64,000 nt of DNA, from NCBI RefSeq assembly GCF_006345805.1, contig NC_043006.1:80600001-80664000 (forward strand). The letters are read 5' to 3'. The position numbers and the translations under genes were made by a program. A model generated the notes under the pieces. That model saw only the letters and a program-made list of their open reading frames with translations, had not been told where the DNA came from and did no database searches. Positions 24,700-36,944 of this stretch are shown here, one piece after another. Position 1 is the first letter of the stretch. Each line of letters starts with the position of its first letter. Origin of the DNA: Octopus sinensis. Its lineage: Eukaryota.

Positions 24700-25800
24700 G
24701 ATACACTAAAGTACCAAAACGAAACATAGATGAAAAACTAAATATCAACTTCAATATTTGCCACGATTTCGACACTTCAACAATACCAGTACAAGAGGTT
24801 CAAACACGTTTCAATATTGTCTGCGTTCTTAACCCCAGGTAAAACCAACGTTTGCAAGCTTAATTCTGGAAGAAAAGCAAAGCTTACTGAAAAGGCCAAG
24901 AAAGTGACAGGGCTACAATACCACCTCGCTAGTCAGGAGTTCCATAAGTCTGGAAGCCATGAGAGGGATGCAAATTTCAAACATCTCCTCTCCCGCATCA
25001 ACAATTATAAGCGGAAAATTACAATGCTTTACTGCTTTTATTTATTTTTTAATGGGTGTGTAATACTGCACTATTAGGATGTAATACTATTAACTACTGG
25101 GAAAATAACACTTCATAATATCCACAAATCTAAGTCACATAAAATAAACAATCAGAAATGATTGATTGCCTAATGTAACCATGTTATCTTTTCTGATGAA
25201 TCTACAGTTGCCATTTTACAGCTTCAGGGTGGAGAGCTGCCCGATGACATACTGTGGTGCATGGAGCGAGATCTGTGATGATTTAAGTAACCATATCACA
25301 AACTTCTTTTAGCCTTTTAGTTGTACATCTTCGCTGAGTTAATGTCAAGGATTACCAGAGTATTTTGGTTCACCACGTTTATCCAATAGTAGAAATGTTG
25401 TTCCCGGTGTTAACAAATCTACCAGGAAGAAACTGCATAAGTTCACACAACCAATGTTATAGGAAATAGATACGAAGGACACAAAATTAACGGTGACTAT
25501 TTGGTGTGGTCCCAAAATCGCCGGATATCAATATAGTCGAACATTTACAGGGAATTTTGGAACAGCAAGTGAGGAGTCGCTTTTCTTCACCATCGTCTCT
25601 AGGTTTTATTTGAATAATGGCTCAAAATTCCCCTGAAAGGCGTTCATAAGCGGTTCGTGTCAATTCATCGATAAATTTGTCGTGATTGCAAAGAGTTCAG
25701 CCAACCCTGAGTGAATATGAAGCGTTCCCTTGTTAAGCTGAAATTAAACTTTACATAGATTTGCTAACTTCATTGATAAAGTAAAAAAAATAATGCACTT
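24700..25800 (+). mobile_element. Decayed Tc1-like (DD34E) transposon remnant
   Basis: SGRKAKLTEK near 24865 and PKSPDINIVEHL near 25510. Confidence 0.5.
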
Positions 25801-27138
25801 CTATTGATTTTCATTTGAACAAATGAAAATTAATGCGAAATAAATTTGGTAGGTATTGTTGTTGAATTCCAGTTTCAATTAAATTTTGAAATTCATCACA
25901 TAGCATTCCGGAATTGTTTATATTTACTAATAGCTATAATTTATGACTGTGTGCGCGTGTTTAGTTTAAGGTAATTGTATATTCACAAAACGAACATATT
26001 TCCTTGACATTTTACTTTCAAATTAGGATAAACTTAACTTTACTGCTTTTATTTATTTAATGGGTGTGTAATACCCATTTGGTTATAAATATAAACACTG
26101 CAGTGTTAGGATGTAATATTCTTAACTACTGAGAAAATAACATTGAATAATATCCACTAATCTAAGTATAATTTCACTCCTAAAATTAGGGTGGAAGTAG
26201 TGTTTTGAATAGTCTAAATGGATAAAATACACTCGACAGATTTAAGAAATATTTCAAGGGAAATTTGTAATTTGTGTCCCATAAAGTAAACATACTAGAT
26301 TTTCTAAGACTGAAACTCAACACTCAACCACACCTCATCAACATCTACGACAAATTTAAGTTCAATTACTAAATGAAAGAAATAAAAATGTACATTAATT
26401 CTGTTTAGCATAATCCAATTATATATGTAATTTTCAATTTTGTCACGATAATATTCATACACGATGCCAAATTCGTCTAAAACTCAGTTTTAGAAAATCT
26501 AGTATGCCCCGCTTGTGTACTGTTAATGCATGACATGAAATATAATTTAAATTTCAAGTTTTAATGATGGAAACAAGAACCGGAAATACTGCAGAGGCAG
26601 CTTAGTTATTCAGACTGTGAGCCTCATCTTAGAGACGACACAGTTTTGATATTTTAATGGTTTTTGTTGATTTTGATCGTTATCACTAGGTGTCTTCTCT
26701 GCAACACCGATGGAAAAATTATGTGGACCTCAAGGGGGAACTGTTGAAAAATATACCCTATTTGAGCACATTCCATGAGAGTATCTCAGCCAGCCTATGT
26801 GACTTTTCACTCGTATCTTAAAGTTGAATATGGTATGACTTGTGAGTTGTCACAATTTTATGTAACCAGAAACCTATTTCTAACTTAAGTGTAATAACAT
26901 TCGTATTTACCTTGCTAATTTTCAATATTAAAACAAAAGTTAGCATTCATAAGCTAGTCAAGTGCTCTAGACATTTTTAGTTTCAACACAACCAATAACC
27001 CTTTAGAAACAATGCCACTTAACTAAAACAGGTTTTGACCATTATTGGCCCAGGTCATATCTGACTTAAAAGAATCCCCAAGATTTACTTTCCAAGCCGA
27101 ATTGTTTGCTGAAGACTATTTCGTGAGTCGGTGTATTT

Positions 27139-28348
27139 TACGAGGATGAGCTGAAAATATCATAGACTGACTATAAAGGAATGATGCTTGAGTCATGAAA
27201 TCTTGCGTGCATTAATTTCAATTCTTATTAATATCTGTATTGTTTTCGTCCAGGTAAACGGACATCTGACTGTTGATAGAAGACTTCAAAGTAAATAGTA
27301 ACGATTTCTCTTGAAAATTGACAAAATTTGACATCGTGCTCTTCTTACTAATAGAAAAAGGTTTTAGCTCTCAAGGACATTCATGCATATATAGTTACAG
27401 AATTAGGGGATGATTATCAGCTTTGTCAACAGTGTAAATGTGGCCAGCTTGATTCAGGAGGCGTATTGAAGATCACCCAAGGCCTGGACGTCCTGAAACT
27501 GCCTCCAGCGAGGAAAATACTAATCGTACCCACCACATGGTGATGGATGGCAGGCGGTTATCTATAAATCAAAGAACCCATGCTATTAGCATATCCCGTG
27601 AGAGTTGAGAATATTCCGCTCAATGAAATTGGCATGACGAAGGTTACTTCACAGTGTGTGACACGTTTTCTTAGCACATCACGGAAAATCTAACATTGTT
27701 TGAGGCAGATTCAGTTGGTTTCCTTGAGCGTTTCCTAATCCAGAATGAGTTTTGGGCTTATCAATTTGAGCTAAAGAGACAATTCGTGCAGTAGAAATGC
27801 CCCTCCTCACCTGCTCCAAAGAAATCTCGGGTCCTCTATTTGTAGGGAACTTGATAGCTTCAGTTTTTTCCTGGATACAAACGGTATTGTGCTTGACTGT
27901 CTTCAAAAGGACTGCATTATCAAAGGAGAATATCATGCCAGCTTCCTGAGGCAGTCATGAAAGGAGTCCTGTTTCATCAGGACAATACTCTAGCACTCAA
28001 GGCCTTCGTTTCAATAGCTTCTGTGCATGACTGTGGCTTTGAACTGGTTGATCACCCTTTCTGTTCTCCTGATTTGACATCATCTCACTATCATCGGTCT
28101 CCCAATATAAAAAAAAAACACTTGGTTGGGAACGAGTATCGTATTGAGAACGACATCATATCTACTACTGATGTTGACATTTTGACCAGCAAAATGAAAG
28201 CTTCTTCACCAATGGTATCCAAGCACTGCAACACCGATGGAAAAATTGTGTGGACCTCAAGGGGGACTGCTGAAAAATAAACCTTATTTTGGTACATTCC
28301 ATGAGAGTATCTTAGCCAGCCTATGAACTTTTAAGACGATACTCATAA
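27139..28348 (+). mobile_element. Decayed mariner, different subfamily from 4715..6005
   Basis: Degenerate termini tacgaggatgagctgaaaatatcatagactgac and gccagcctatgaacttttaag...ctcata. Peptides IEDHPRPGRPET, GVLFHQDN and ELVDHPFCSPDL. Confidence 0.75.
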
Positions 28349-28677
28349 CTTAAAGTTGAATATGGTATGACTTGTGAGTTGTTACAATCTCATGTGATAT
28401 GAACTTTATTGTCATAGGGGCGTATGAGTTTAGGCGCCCATATAGATCCTGCAAGCTGTAGATAACTGAACTTAATATCGACATCATTTGGAGTGTTCAT
28501 TGAAATGTTTCTATACAGAACAGATTGTGTAGCGCTTACGGGTGTGTCGGAAAGAATAGTTTTGTTTCTGAGGCGATCCCAGTAATGAATGCTTGTTGTA
28601 AATGCTTAAAAATGTTTCATCTCTAAACATGAGGTTACGAGTACAAACAAGTTATCGTATTTATATTCTGAATTCAG

Positions 28678-28775
28678 AATTTTATGTTGGAGAAGCAATG
28701 CTGAGCTACAGACACTGGCTAAAACAAAAGAGGAATTTATTAAATCTAGACATTGCCAACAATGCATGCACAAAG
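28678..28775 (+). CDS. GEN1: GEN1 coding exon 6
   Basis: Acceptor attcag|A; translates to ILCWRSNAELQTLAKTKEEFIKSRHCQQCMHK; donor |gtaatc. HCxxCxH matches the start of the metazoan GEN1 Cys/His-rich insertion. Phase 2 to 1. Confidence 0.85.
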
Positions 28776-30896
28776 GTAATCGCACCGTAACATTTTATTT
28801 TATTCTAATGTACATTATGTTTTGCTATTGCTACACTAGACATTCCATTGATTGATATAGACTTGAAACAGCGTTAAAATATTCGTAAAACAACCTATGC
28901 ATATGAACGTGGAACGCCATTAGCTGTAATGTTTCAAAGGAGTCACTGACAGAGACTTGCATGTTACAAACACAGGACTTCAGTCATCGCCAGACACTAT
29001 TTCAAACTAAATTGGACTTCAATGTAACATGTTTTTTTAAAATTTTTAAGCTGATATACTAAGATGGTCGGTGTAAAGTAAAGGCGTACATTCTGGTATA
29101 ATATTCTTCAAATTCTCGAGTTGCTTCTGATAAACGTTCTGAAATTGCCTACCTTGAGCCATATTGTCCGAGTTTGAAATCCTTTTTTTTTACCGGAAGT
29201 AAAGAAGCAGATTTCACTGTTTGGCTGGCTTTCCATTATCCATTAGAAATCATGGCAGGATTTTGGCTCATCTATGTTAAGTGATTTCTAGCGTGTTACA
29301 TGATTCTTTGCAAACGACATTAGAAATTATCTTTTTATAAATGAGCTCGTGGTCAGTGTCGAAATCATGATTACTGGGTCGTGGACAAAATTTCTGGACT
29401 TATCAGCTTGTAGTTCCTTCAACAAGTTCCTCATATTACATTGTTCTCCACTGCTCTGAAAATTACTGCCAACTAACGCTTATACTGCCTGCCTGCTCTC
29501 CTAAATTTTCACATCTTGAATGTTACAGAATTGTGGGAGAATCAACAGGTTGTTTCTCTGATCGTGACTACATAAGCGCCTTAATTAATTTGCGAGAGCA
29601 TGGCATATGCTACAAAGAGATAATAGTGTGTGAGAGACAGTTTAGGTTGTATTTTCGGTATTTCTGCTATTTCAGTTCTGCTGGTGTAGCCTGGTGGCCG
29701 GAAGGATAGTGGCTCTATCTTCCAGGTTCAGCAGTACAGCTGCCGCCAGCCACACGCTCCAAATTGGTAGTAGGTATTAGGCACTTTTCGATGGTATCCT
29801 TTGCTGCTATCTCTATCATTTTTGTTGCCAAGGACAGCGTTCTGTAAACTATTGTTTTGTGTTGTACATCACTGCTGAGGCAGTCAGCTTCGTGTTCGTT
29901 CCTTCCCTCTGCAATAAGCTTTTATATTTTTCCTGCTCGCCCCAGCCGACTTGCACTGTTTCGCTGATGACGTCGGCCACGGACCTGCAGTTCATTTTTC
30001 CTTTCTGTTTCAATACGGAGGTCGGTTTTATCATTCTCTGGTATGTTTTTCTCTTCCTTCATTTAGCGAAATGGGATGGAGGGTAACATTTGTTCGCACA
30101 ATCCCAAGAAGTCTGAAATAACACATTGGGAGGCGTCAACTTCCACGTTGTACTGATTGTGAAAATAATGTTTCTTAAAGGGACACAATTAGCCCCTACG
30201 CAGGGGGTGGGATTCGCACAAAAACGAACCTGCTAAAGTTTTCCGTATGTCCAAAAGACACAGAAAACAGCAAAAGTTGTATAATAGTTAAAAAAACAAC
30301 GGTAATCCCAAAAGGGAAAACCTACAATTAAACGAGAGCAGCTGAGAACTACGTATGTTCCGTAAGAGGCATTAAAAGAGAATGACTTTCCCCAGGACCC
30401 TGAAATTTGGGTTTTTAAGCTCTGGGAGTGGATTTGATTACATTTTTAGAAAAAGATTTGAAAATCATGAATTGCTAAAAATAGTTTTTGTTTCATAATT
30501 TGAAGTTTTTTAATGAAATGCTCCGTTTTCTTGTGGTCGAATTGCAATATTTTAAAATCTGGCATTTCCACATGCCCACCCAGTAAGAAAATTGGACCTT
30601 TTGCCAGCTTAAACATGTATATTCCATCCAACAGAAATATTCAATGAACCTTTTTCGCTGGGAAATTATATTTTCAGGAATGAGATATAAATACTTATTG
30701 CAGTTTAATGTGATTGTTGACAAAGTTAAAGGAGCAATTAAAAGTTATTTTGAAGTGGTTCAGATTTAAGTAGTTTGTCATACGTTTTTCAGTAATACAG
30801 ACTGGACAGGGACTTATTTTATGGATAAAATATACTCTACTTCTAACAAAGAAAACGGTATTATATTCCAAAACAATACATTACTCTCTCTTTTAG

Positions 30897-31063
30897 TGCA
30901 CCATCACAGCAAAATTGGATGCAAAAAATGTCGGATGAAGAAAGTGGCCACAAAAAATTGCGTTTGTTTTTGCCATGAAACCGTCCAGAAACTTAAGTTA
31001 CATGAAATGGAACTAATAGTCAGAGAAAAAGCACTTTTAAATCCAGACTTTCCTTCAGAGAAA
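30897..31063 (+). CDS. GEN1: GEN1 coding exon 7
   Basis: Acceptor cttttag|TG; translates to HHHSKIGCKKCRMKKVATKNCVCFCHETVQKLKLHEMELIVREKALLNPDFPSEK; donor |gtaagc. Contains GCxxC, CxCxxH and FP, as recalled for GEN1. Confidence 0.9.
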
Positions 31064-31329
31064 GTAAGCAAAAATAATTTATTCTTTTTCCTTCTTACAC
31101 TCTTAACGCCCTCACCTACACTAGCACGTTCACTATCATGCATCCTCGTACACCATCTTACCAAAATGCATACACTCGCATACATGTACTGTTTGACCAT
31201 GTACCCACCCATATATTTAGTTATTTCTCTATACCTAGGTCTCCTACGGTTGGCTCACCTTGAAGAAACCGTTTGTGATTATTTCCTGTCATTCTAATTA
31301 CATTCCGTAGTACCGGAGATGACTTCTCC

Positions 31330-31720
31330 ATACTCTTTTATTCTCTGTTACTCTTTTATTTGTTTCCATCATTTGACTGTGGCCATGCTGGAGCACCGCC
31401 TTTAGTCGAGCAAATCAACTCCAGGACTTATTCTTTGTAAGCCTAGTACTTATTCTATCGGTCTCTTTTGCCGAACCGCTAAGTTACGGGGACGTAAACA
31501 CACCAGCATCGGTTATCAAGGGAAGTTGGACACACACACATATATACACATACATATATACGACTGGCTTCTTTCAGTTTCCGTCTCCCAAATCCACTCA
31601 CAAGGCTTTGGTCAGCCCATGGCTATAGTAGAAGACACTTGCCCAAGGTACCAGGCAGTGGGACTAAACCCAGAACCACGTGGTTGGTAAGCAAGCTACT
31701 TATCACACAGCGACTCCATG
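31330..31720 (-). mobile_element. Near full-length tRNA-derived SINE
   Basis: Family body plus reverse tRNA-like head (gggactaaacccagaaccacgtggttggtaagcaagctacttatcacacagc). Confidence 0.8.
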
Positions 31721-32795
31721 CGGAGAAATAATGACTCGGCCGGGTAAAACTTTGATCTCCACGCTATGCAGCCTGTCAAGCAACGTTACTTCAGAGCCGC
31801 ATTGGAAGAATTACATTTCGACCGTTTGTATTCGCGATCGTACTCTTTCGATCACAGTACCCAACGTTTATGACCGTAGGCGAGTTTAGACACGAAAACC
31901 GAACTGAAGATTACAAGTTTGACTATTTTACCAACCTGTCCACTTCTGTGGATCGAACGCTGGAGCATTACTGTTTCAGGACCTGAGATTCTTGTATCCA
32001 ATTCAGGGCACACAATGTCGATTAAAGGCGTAATGAAAATGTTAAATGATTGCAAATAAAGTCGTTAAAGGGATGTATGTATATACTTAGTATTCAGCGT
32101 TTTACTCGCGTATTTTCAAACTGCAATGTTAAACTCTCAGATGGTTCTAATGTCGTCGTTATATACTTAATGTGTGATTGCATTGGTGGAATTTGATGCG
32201 ATACGATGTCATATGGTTAATTAAACAATTTTGTATGTTAAAGACTTATGGTCAGTATTTTCATTTGTAATGACATAAACATGATACCATAAGTAAACAT
32301 TTAACCATAACATTGAACTAAATGAAATTCTACCAACTTCCAAATGCGATAACCCTTTGCGTTTTATTCTAGTGTATATTTGACATTTTCAGACTAAATC
32401 ACCGTTGGTTCAATTTTCCAATGCGCCAACAATATTTCACTGTATTAAAGAAATTGATATTGAAAAGAAATATTTATGGGACGCGGGAGGAGACAAAAAT
32501 AACATAAGGAATCATCGTTCGAAATCAGCGGTTTTATTGCTTTTTTCCGCCAACGTTTGCAGGTCTAACCAATATCTGTGTCACTTATATACACGTTGAA
32601 CTTCTGCACAGACCATGATAAATCCGAGGTTATAAAGACGTGAAGGTATTTGGTGGGATCGAACCCCGCTGGGAATACGAGATTGCGATAATTTTTTTTT
32701 TTTTTTACGAAATCAACATTCCTGTGCATATTTCAAACATGATTCTGATTTTACAGCTTAGTCCATTATTTATCTGCTTAGTATACTTCCTATAG

Positions 32796-33007
32796 ATTAT
32801 TGCAGAGTTCTTGGATTCCAAACAGATATATGATGCCAAAGAAAATATAACTTGGAAGGAACCAGATATTGAAAACTTGTGCAAGTTTATTGTTGAGAAT
32901 CTCTTTTGGTCTGCAGAAAACTTCTTCCTGACGATGGTCCCATTGCTTATTTACTGGAAGCTAAATTCTTACCCTTACAGATTTCTTGACGATTTAAAAC
33001 CTCAAAG
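32796..33007 (+). CDS. GEN1: GEN1 coding exon 8
   Basis: Acceptor cctatag|; translates to IIAEFLDSK...WKEPDIENLCKFIVENLFWSAENFFLTMVPLL...DLKPQ(R); donor |gtaaag. Confidence 0.9.
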
Positions 33008-33269
33008 GTAAAGATAAATTCTTTTAAACATTATCGATTCCTTTTTCATTTATTTATATTTTATTTTTAAAAAGAAGTTTATGATTTCTTTCTCTTCAGA
33101 ACAAAAATAGTAACTATTCAGTTGTATCGCGAGCATTGAGTACAAAAAATAGTAACCTGCAGATGTGTGTTGTTCCGTACGTGTTTCCATGCTTATATTT
33201 AGTACAGCAGTTAACTCTGAGAAAACTAGTGATGTTCTATGCTAGCAAAATGTGGAATGAGTTTAGGCT

Positions 33270-33800
33270 TTGAAGAAACAGAAGTCTAACGTTTCGGTCA
33301 CACTTCGTCGAAGAGAAAAATATCAACTGTTATTAATGGCTATAGAATTCGAATTAGTGAGAGGAGAGGGAACTAGTAAAAGAGTTAAGAGGGGGGAGAT
33401 ATAAAGTGGTATTGGACAGGGGATGACACTAGACAGGGAAGAGACTGAAAATAAAGTAAGTTGAAGAGAATTTTGGAAGGGAAAGATGAAAGGATGGACA
33501 GATAGACGTGCATGATCACAAAGGACACCAGATTACTCAATACGTTGTGCAGAGTAATGATTAATAGTAACATTAGTCTAATCAATCCGATATTTCCGAT
33601 GAGTAATGACTGTGAGTCATTAACTGTCAGTCTACCAGTGTGTAGGCCACCCTTTCCAATGAACTCACTTTGGTACCTGCAATGAATTTCCAAGATGTCA
33701 TTAGTGCAGATATCGGACTCTCGACTCCAAATTTCTTTAGCTCATTTAGTACGAGCGGCTTTGGATGCACTCAGCGCCCTCCACGGGATAGTGCGATATA
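33270..33800 (-). mobile_element. Probable Penelope-like 3' remnant (GIY-YIG-like fragment plus terminal repeat)
   Basis: Weak peptide EIHCRYQSEFIGKGGLHTGRL, followed by a hammerhead-like motif at 33284-33315. Confidence 0.4.
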
Positions 33801-33949
33801 TACTTTAGAACGGGTCAAGCTTTATATATAAAACGCTTATGTAGATTTTAAGATTCATATTGGAGGATTAACGTTATTGCCATCCGGGATCTTATCAAAT
33901 CAATAATTCTTAACATACAAAGAGGTGTAAAATTTTTCGAGCTTCGAAG

Positions 33950-34500
33950 TAAAGAAACACTCAGTAAAATTTTGTATAATTTCACAATTAATAAACTACT
34001 TTTCTATTTAAAATAACATTGCAATCAACTGAAAAGATGATAGCTATTTGGAGCGAGGTCAGTAAGGAGGATGAAACACAACTTCCATATTTAGCGATAT
34101 AATCTTTCCCTGGGTGACTTGAGGAATATATGGACTTGTATCACCGTACAATAAAACCCTTTTACCTTTGGTCAATGATGAATGCTTTTTCATTTGCAAT
34201 GTTCCCAGGTGACGAGAATATTTCTCCGTTTTACATTTTGAGTTTTGGTGTGGCACTTCATGTTGGACGATGACATTCATGTCCCACCAATTGTAGAACA
34301 TAACTCTTTTCGGGTATATTCCTGTTCTGGAGATAGATTCTCCTTTTTAGTTGGGAGCAAGCTATTGTTTTCGCTTGATATAATTGTAGAGAACACACTT
34401 TTCATAACTTCTGATGTTCTACACTGGAATAATTCTGTAGTGAGTCTCCTCTTTAATGACGAACAGAGGGCAATGTTTCGATCAAGCTAAACCATTTCAT
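33950..34500 (-). mobile_element. Mariner transposase remnant (catalytic domain)
   Basis: WWDMNVIVQHEV...RVLLYGD...VVFHPPY, then DLAPNSYHLF after a frameshift. Confidence 0.7.
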
Positions 34501-35291
34501 TGGAACCGCTTCGAAATTGGCCTCTCTTGCCCAAACACATACATATTATTACTAATATAGGTATGATACTTACATCTTTGAAGGGAGATGGTTGTCGATG
34601 ATATCGACTCCAGTTCTAGAGCTTTAGCTTATAGATCTTGGAAAGATGAAATGTAAATTTTATCTCGGTGAGTATTAAACTTAGAATGTAAAGGGCCGGA
34701 TGAAATACAATGAAGTAGTTTTTCAACGCTCTAACGTATCTACCATGTAATATTAACAGTAAGAAAGAAATTTCAGACTTTGGCATATGACCAGCAACTT
34801 CTGGAAGAGAGTTTAATCCATTACGTCAACCCAAGTATTTGGCTCGTACTTTATCTAATTGGTCCCCGAAGAATACAGGACAAATTTGATCTCGGCGGGA
34901 TTTGAGTTCTGAATGTAAAGAGCTGGAAGATAAGCTACTAAGCATCTTGTCCAATATGGTAACGCCAGCTCGTCAGCAATAAACCTTTTTAGTAGTTCTG
35001 ATGGATGTAACAGTATAACATATTGCAACATCTTTTGCCATTGCTTGTAAATATCTGATTCCCTGGACTTTACTGATGAAATAAAATTTCTTATTAATCA
35101 AAAGGTGAAATTCATATAAATTGTGAGAAATGTGGTACAATTAGACAAAGAAAGAAATAGGGTAAAAAACATTATATGAAACTAAAATTATGACTGCGTA
35201 CAAATTTCTGAGAAGGGAATGGCGTATGAAGTGCAATACTGTATAAAATGATTTCGTACAAATTTAATTTGGTAATTATCAAATGCTTCAG

Positions 35292-35353
35292 AATCCTCCA
35301 AAAATGTAAAAGGAATCACCAACACGTTTACGAAGTTGAATGGTCCAAAATAA
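35292..35353 (+). CDS. GEN1: GEN1 coding exon 9 (chromodomain N-half)
   Basis: Acceptor gcttcag|A; translates to ILQKCKRNHQHVYEVEWSKI; donor |gtaagt. Resembles recalled human IVKTRIRNGVHCFEIEWEK. Phase 2 to 1. Confidence 0.85.
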
Positions 35354-36070
35354 GTAAGTAACAATTTTTAAAGATTTTCTTACATTCTCAAAGTACATTC
35401 CGTATAATTTAGACAGCGAATTTTGTAGAACTGGTTGAGTTATGCTCGTAATATTTGGGAGAATGCAAACACCACTAAAATTGTAATATCTTGTGGGTGA
35501 TCTTGGCATTTCATTATTTCATTTAAGCCATTTACGGTAATTAAATAGCTGTAAATTTATTATATGTACTTAAACAACCATATATATTCCTTAGAAAATT
35601 AATCGTTGAAATGTCTCAGATTTGTAATTTTGGCTACTATTATAATGCTATTAAGGCAGCGAACTGGGAGAATCGTTAGCCTGCCGGGTAAAATGCTTAG
35701 CATTTCGTTCGAGTTAACGTTCTGAGTTGAAATTCCGCTACGGTCGACTTTTGCCTTTCATCCTTTCGGGGTCGATAAAATAAGTATCGATTGACGTAAT
35801 CGACTTATAACTTGGTGGACTTGTGCAAAAATTTGAAACCATTATTAAAATGCTACTACAAAGATATATTTCTTTTTAAAGTGTTAATTCGTTGTATTTT
35901 TGTGATGAAGTTCACTTCGCAGCCTCGTGGTTTTGGTTTCAGTCCTAATGCGTGGTGTCTTGTGCATGCGACTTCTGTATCTTTGGATCAACCAATTCCT
36001 GGTGAATTTAGATAACGCAAAATGTGGAAGTCTGTCTAGTTTGTGCGTAATAATTATATATTATTTATTT

Positions 36071-36360
36071 ATGCACCCTTTTCAAGTCTATCCAGGCTCA
36101 TAGGCCCGGTTTCTGTGGCGTATGTATTCCCCCCAGCTGGACGGGACGCCAGTCCGTCGCAGCGTTACTCAAGAATCAGGACGAAAGAGTGAAAGTTAGA
36201 GCGAAAGAGTACAACAGGGGTCGTCACCACACCCTGCCGGAGCTTCGTGGATCCTAAGGTGTTTTCGATCAATAAACACATACAACGCCCGGTCTGGGAA
36301 TCGAAACCGCGATCCTCCGACTGCGAGTCCGCTGCCCTAACCACTGGGACATTGCACCTC
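36071..36360 (-). mobile_element. tRNA-derived SINE, copy A (intron 9)
   Basis: The minus strand starts ggaggtgcaatgtcccagtggttagggcagcggactcgcagtcggaggatcgcggtttcgattccc, with A- and B-box-like elements. Confidence 0.85.
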
Positions 36361-36591
36361 CACACACACACACACACACCTTTCAGTTAGTCTATCACAA
36401 ATCCACTTACAAGGCTTTGGTCGACTCTCTACAACTGAGTAATAGAAAATGCCTTATCTAAAGATTCCCTTCACGAATTGCTCCAGATTAAGAATTTATA
36501 CAGAATTCTATTTTTTCATTCACATTCAAACGGTGAGAATATTATTTAGTAACCACCGATGACTAAATTTGTTTTGTTTTATTAAATCTAG

Positions 36592-36699
36592 AAGAAAATT
36601 GGACCAAACTGAAAGTCTACACAAGTTTTGTTGATATTAAGAAGTTTACGGCATGCTTCCCAACTATGGCAGAAAAGTTTGAAGAGTCCATCAGCGCTG
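36592..36699 (+). CDS. GEN1: GEN1 coding exon 10 (chromodomain C-half), 108 nt, phase 1-1
   Basis: Acceptor aaatctag|AA; translates to ENWTKLKVYTSFVDIKKFTACFPTMAEKFEESISA; donor |gtgtgt (weaker). Resembles recalled LTIEEESLFEAAYPEIVAVY. Confidence 0.8.
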
Positions 36700-36944
36700 G
36701 TGTGTATGAGATTTTATGTCTTAATGTAATTGTGGTAGTAATTCTCCCAACAAATCTAATCAAAAGCTTTTACCATTATCATTTCGAAGATAACTGGTTG
36801 TCGACTTTTAGTGTGTCACCTAGGTTTTCTTTAATCTTCAAAATTTATACCTCAAAAATAATACAAAATTGCAACACAAAGATGTATGTGAATACATGCT
36901 GGCTGCAATGCACACTAAATATAACCCACTAATTATTTCTTTGT

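Noticed and set aside
25215-25315. Possible GEN1 exon after exon 5
   Set aside because: No GEN1 similarity and no good donor, it lies in the Tc1 remnant, and exon 5 joins 28678 cleanly.
29600-30420. GC-richer block with short ORFs in GEN1 intron 6
   Set aside because: Probably a decayed TE, but I could not identify a motif to support a call.
33100-33150. Strong acceptor ttctcttcag as exon 9
   Set aside because: In-frame TGA after 12 codons; the chromodomain-like exon at 35292 fits instead.
36700-36932. Read-through of exon 10 (ORF 36666..36932) as the true C-terminus
   Set aside because: Composition turns intron-like after the GT at 36700. It cannot be fully excluded without transcripts.
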